A DNA stretch of 64,000 nucleotides, from NCBI GenBank assembly GCA_010093705.1, contig MU006089.1:1428455-1492454 (forward strand). Direction: 5' to 3'. Shown piece by piece: positions 60,701-64,000 of the stretch (within the stretch, counting starts at the first letter, position 1; each line of letters opens with the position of its first letter). Position numbers and translations under genes: made by a program. This stretch comes from Patellaria atrata CBS 101060 (taxonomy: Eukaryota). The notes under the pieces are model-generated. The model was not told where the DNA came from and made no database searches. It was given only the letters and a program-made list of their open reading frames with translations.

Positions 60701-61350
60701 GTCCTTGTGCAAGATAGCCCTTGATCTTGAGACAATCCTGCTCGTATCGATCTCGTGCCTATCAAACTTGGTTAAATACAAGTTTAGATACCCTTGTGTA
60801 GCTCACGGACCTTGTTCACCGCAGTTGTCTGTTGCGTCTTGAGCTTCAGAAGCTTCTCAATACCATTCTGGACGATTTTTCTTCTTTCCTTCATCCCCCC
60901 TGCAAATGCTGCTAGCGGTTCTTCAAGCTCACTCTTCATCTGCGCAGCAATGTTTTGATGTGCTTTGCCCATTGATTCTACTTCGGTTCGAATAACGTCT
61001 AGGGACATACGTAGAGTTCCAGCTTCGGAAGAGCCGAGAGGCTTTCGGGATAGGTTCAGCAATTTCCGTGAGTATTCATCTTCGATGGCGGCGCGCGCTG
61101 AGAAAGGATTAGAACTCATACTGGATAGACACGAAGATTAAATTGGGAAGTACCCGTATAAAAGGATTTTAATTCGTCGCAAGTAACCTTTGCATTGTGC
61201 ATGCGCTCTAGCAGAGGACTGACACCGGCGTCATCTTTGCCCCAGAAATTGTTCGCGACTACGTATGATTAGCAAACAACATATGTGATGCTCTCGACAT
61301 TCCTCACAGGATAAGGAGACGGAAGGCGGCTCAGAAGTAGCCGCGGGCAT
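57737..61350 (-). CDS. HOF1: F-BAR/SH3 cytokinesis protein (Hof1/Cdc15/Imp2 family), multi-exon
   Basis: MPAATSEPPSVSLS|FANNFWGKDDAGVSPLLERM; ARAAIEDEYSRKL; FQDLEEERIDF; TGQEIPDPPKFINF; C-terminal SH3 AMYMYQAAIPEELSFAKGD...DDGWWE...GLVPSNY. Confidence 0.93.
58223..58678 (-). repeat. Coding minisatellite, ~9 x 51 bp (17 aa) within HOF1
   Basis: Units of the form QQQPRAVSPQPQFTRxx are visible in both protein and DNA. Confidence 0.92.
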
Positions 61351-62431
61351 GGTGCCCAGTGTGGCTTCTCTAGATAGATCTCAGTGAGACCACAACTTAG
61401 GTACCAGTGGATAAGGTAGGATGTGTAAAATAATTCTGGTGTTTCTTCAATAGCGTTCCGCAAATTATCGCATAATTAAGGTACTCGTTAAGTGATACGG
61501 TTGGTAAGGTCGGGCGGGTATGGGGTAAGTCCAGGTCAGTAACAAAGTAAACAAAGTCCTTGGCAATTTCTGTCCATAGCAACGGGTATCTTAGAGTCGA
61601 AGATCCATTGTTTGGATAGTTTGCAGAAGTTTGCATAGTTTGCAACGCCACTCATGACTCCATGCCCGAAAATCTCGATTCACGTGACGTCCGTTTCTTC
61701 ATTTGACTCTCCACTGTCTGCTTTGGGTTCCATTTCTGCATATTCAACGACCTTCCTTCCTAGGACTCGAACAAACGAGTCGCATTCGTGAATGATTTAC
61801 TCACCTTCTTTTGAGGGGGAAAAGGGAGTAACTGAAGGTGTAAGGTATATGACTGACCATCAGGTACCGCAGAGTGAATGCTTATACCTAAAAGAAAGAT
61901 TTCGTATACGGTAATCATGCAGGCCATCGCCTTCTGAAAGGGACCTACCTGGATTCCCTTTCGGTATTGAATCTTCTTATATTCAATGCTGAAGAGCCTT
62001 TGAAGCGCGCATCTAGCACTTGAGACCGGAACACTTTTTAAACGTGCTGAACTGAATCGCAATTGAGGATTGATTGATTTTCACAGGTTATCGTGCAAGA
62101 GTGAACGCCCACGCATGTAGATAGAATTGTTCGTTTGACTCCTACCTATGCACAAAGGTTAATAATAATGAGTAACAAGTTTGTAGTCATGAGCTGCCCA
62201 AGAGCTGAGTTGAGGATGCTTTGGGCTCGCGGCGAATTTTTTGTCTTACTGTAGCCGACAGACGTTCGATTTTGAGCCTCCCCCATACATTACCTTACTT
62301 ACTCAGACCCTAATAAGGCGAACCACCTCACGTCCACCGTTAAACGTTCACCCTCTCCGCCATCATTCCTCCTCGCCATCGTCCTCCTCGTCCCTTTGCA
62401 CAAACCTCCCCTTCCATCTGCTGCGAGTCCG

Positions 62432-62440
62432 ATGGGATAG
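62432..62440 (+). promoter_or_regulatory. Minimal upstream ORF (ATG GGA TAG) before NOT1
   Basis: ATGGGATAG ctgtctag ATG; ends 8 nt before the ATG at 62449. Confidence 0.55.
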
Positions 62441-62448
62441 CTGTCTAG

Positions 62449-64000
62449 ATGAGCTCTAGTCAGCAGCCAAGCGGACATCGTCGTGGCTTGATTTCTCCAA
62501 TCTCTACCGCGTTCAACAACTCGAACTCGAATAGATCTACCACCTCCACCAACAGTCCTTCCCGTAACACCTTCTCGCCCACTAATTCAAACTTTCCACA
62601 GTTTCCTCAGCCTTCGTCCCGGACTATTGCAAGTCGCAATTCCTCTGCCTCCTCCACCTCCACACCCTTCTCCCCTTCGCATTCAGGATCACAGCAGCTA
62701 CCTCAAAACTCGCTGCTGTCGTCCGTAAGAGCTAGAAACATAGCGCCCTCCTCGCAAACGTCACTTGGTTCCTCCGCCGCGGCTTTGCCTTCAACGTCGC
62801 AAGGAGGTGGTCCTGCGAGCGGAGCTGGCGGCGGAGGGGCCACAAGACTGGCACGCGCATCACCCTCACTCTCTCAATCAAGCGGTGTCGGGTCACCTAA
62901 CCCCGTGAACAACTTGACGTCTGCTCCACCCGGTCAATCGCTATCCAAAATTGTCATAGCTCAAGTCTTCTTACTTCTAAGCTCGATGAAGGAGGATAAG
63001 GATAAAATGAAGTGGGACGGTCAGGCCGATCAAATCAGAAAGGTCAGTAATAAGTCTTTGCGTCGATTGGCTACTGTCGTGCGAAACTAACATTTGCATC
63101 TAATAGCTCATTGACTCTAACGGTATGGAGGTTTTCTCAAAGTACTTCCGCCGGTTGTTGCAAAGCAATGCGGCGCAGATATTTGGCACCTCTAGAAGTG
63201 CTGAGAGTACAGGAAACTACCAAATGCTGGTGGGTGAAATGCAAAAGATCACTCAAAATCCAGAGCAAGCCTACAAGATTGCGGAATCCATCGACACGCC
63301 TGAGGGCGATCTTTTTCGCGACTTTGATCTTTCGGCTTTCATGGAACATTTCAAACTGGATTCTGTTGCCAAGGCTACTCTTGCGCTAGCTTGTAAGTCC
63401 GCATCGAAGTCTGACCTGAGAACCAAAGGTGAGCGTGCCCTGCTCTGATTCACAACCGTTCGTTTGTTAACGCTAAGAAAGCCGACGCCATTCTTTCAAA
63501 CAATATTCAGAGCTTCATAAGTATTATGCAGCGACCAAGTTTAGGCGCCGATGACGAAGTACCTCCAGCATTTCTTGTCCCACTTCTAGATCGGCTTTTC
63601 CAAGACCCACCCCGAAATTGGAGCGAAGACGTAAGGGAAAAGCTATCTCAAGCCGTCCGGCTACGTTACGCGAAAATGCACATACCGATACCCCCTGAAG
63701 TGTCTGCTACATTGCATCTCGGCGAGCTTCTTGGACCACATAACCCTCTCGTCAAACTAGTGCAGCGTGCAGGCCAACGGGCGACTTCAAGTCTGGAAAC
63801 TTGCAAAGAAATGCTAGCTACCGCGGAACTGCGGGATATTAGTTATCAACAGGTCGCAAGCGTGCTATTATTCATGGTCATCACGGAGAATGGGCAAGCG
63901 TACAATCCTACACACTTTGTGTCAGCTTTAAGGGAACACCGCGCAGGTCAGCGCCTGGATTGGCAAGACGTCGTTCACGCTTTTGACCGGAAGGGTTTAC
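62449..64000 (+). CDS. NOT1: CCR4-NOT scaffold subunit Not1, 5' part (runs off the right edge)
   Basis: Ser-rich N-terminus, then LSKIVIAQVFLLLS, NGMEVFSKYFRRLL, AESIDTPEGDLFRDFDLSAFM, LRTK|ADAIL, LDWQDVVHAFDR. Introns ~63043-63104 and ~63429-63480. Confidence 0.92.

Noticed and set aside
61679..61689. TCACGTGAC E-box in the HOF1/NOT1 divergent promoter
   Set aside because: A single common motif with no further support.
1..64000. CRISPR arrays, rRNA, prophage or operons
   Set aside because: Fungal nuclear DNA; no repeat-spacer or rRNA-like sequence seen.

Overview
This is eukaryotic nuclear DNA from a filamentous ascomycete (short GT-AG introns with CTAAC-type branch points, RIP-like AT-rich relics). 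Conserved genes fill the left end: a partial PPR-like protein, COX7, CCDC47/DUF1682, a lipocalin-like protein, IPK1, ECM15, EMC1 and RSR1. More fill the right half: PRP4 kinase, Ran1/Pat1-like kinase, a fungal transcription factor, NADAR, HOF1/Cdc15 and partial NOT1. Between ~15 and 37 kb is an accessory block with a frameshifted membrane gene, an intron-containing tRNA-Pro(AGG), two secreted FAD oxidases, a CYP7-like P450, a PTH11-like protein, and a RIP-decayed Tc1/mariner element with an LTR-like insert. Main observations: (1) non-coding DNA is strongly enriched in chained TA-NNN-TA words matching Tc1/mariner excision footprints; (2) the transcription factor has only half a Zn2Cys6 cluster (Cx2Cx6CxH) and lies next to NADAR; (3) a 51-bp coding minisatellite multiplies RxxSP sites in HOF1; (4) a Met-Gly-stop uORF ends 8 nt before the NOT1 start. 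All calls and counts were made by eye; no database searches were run.
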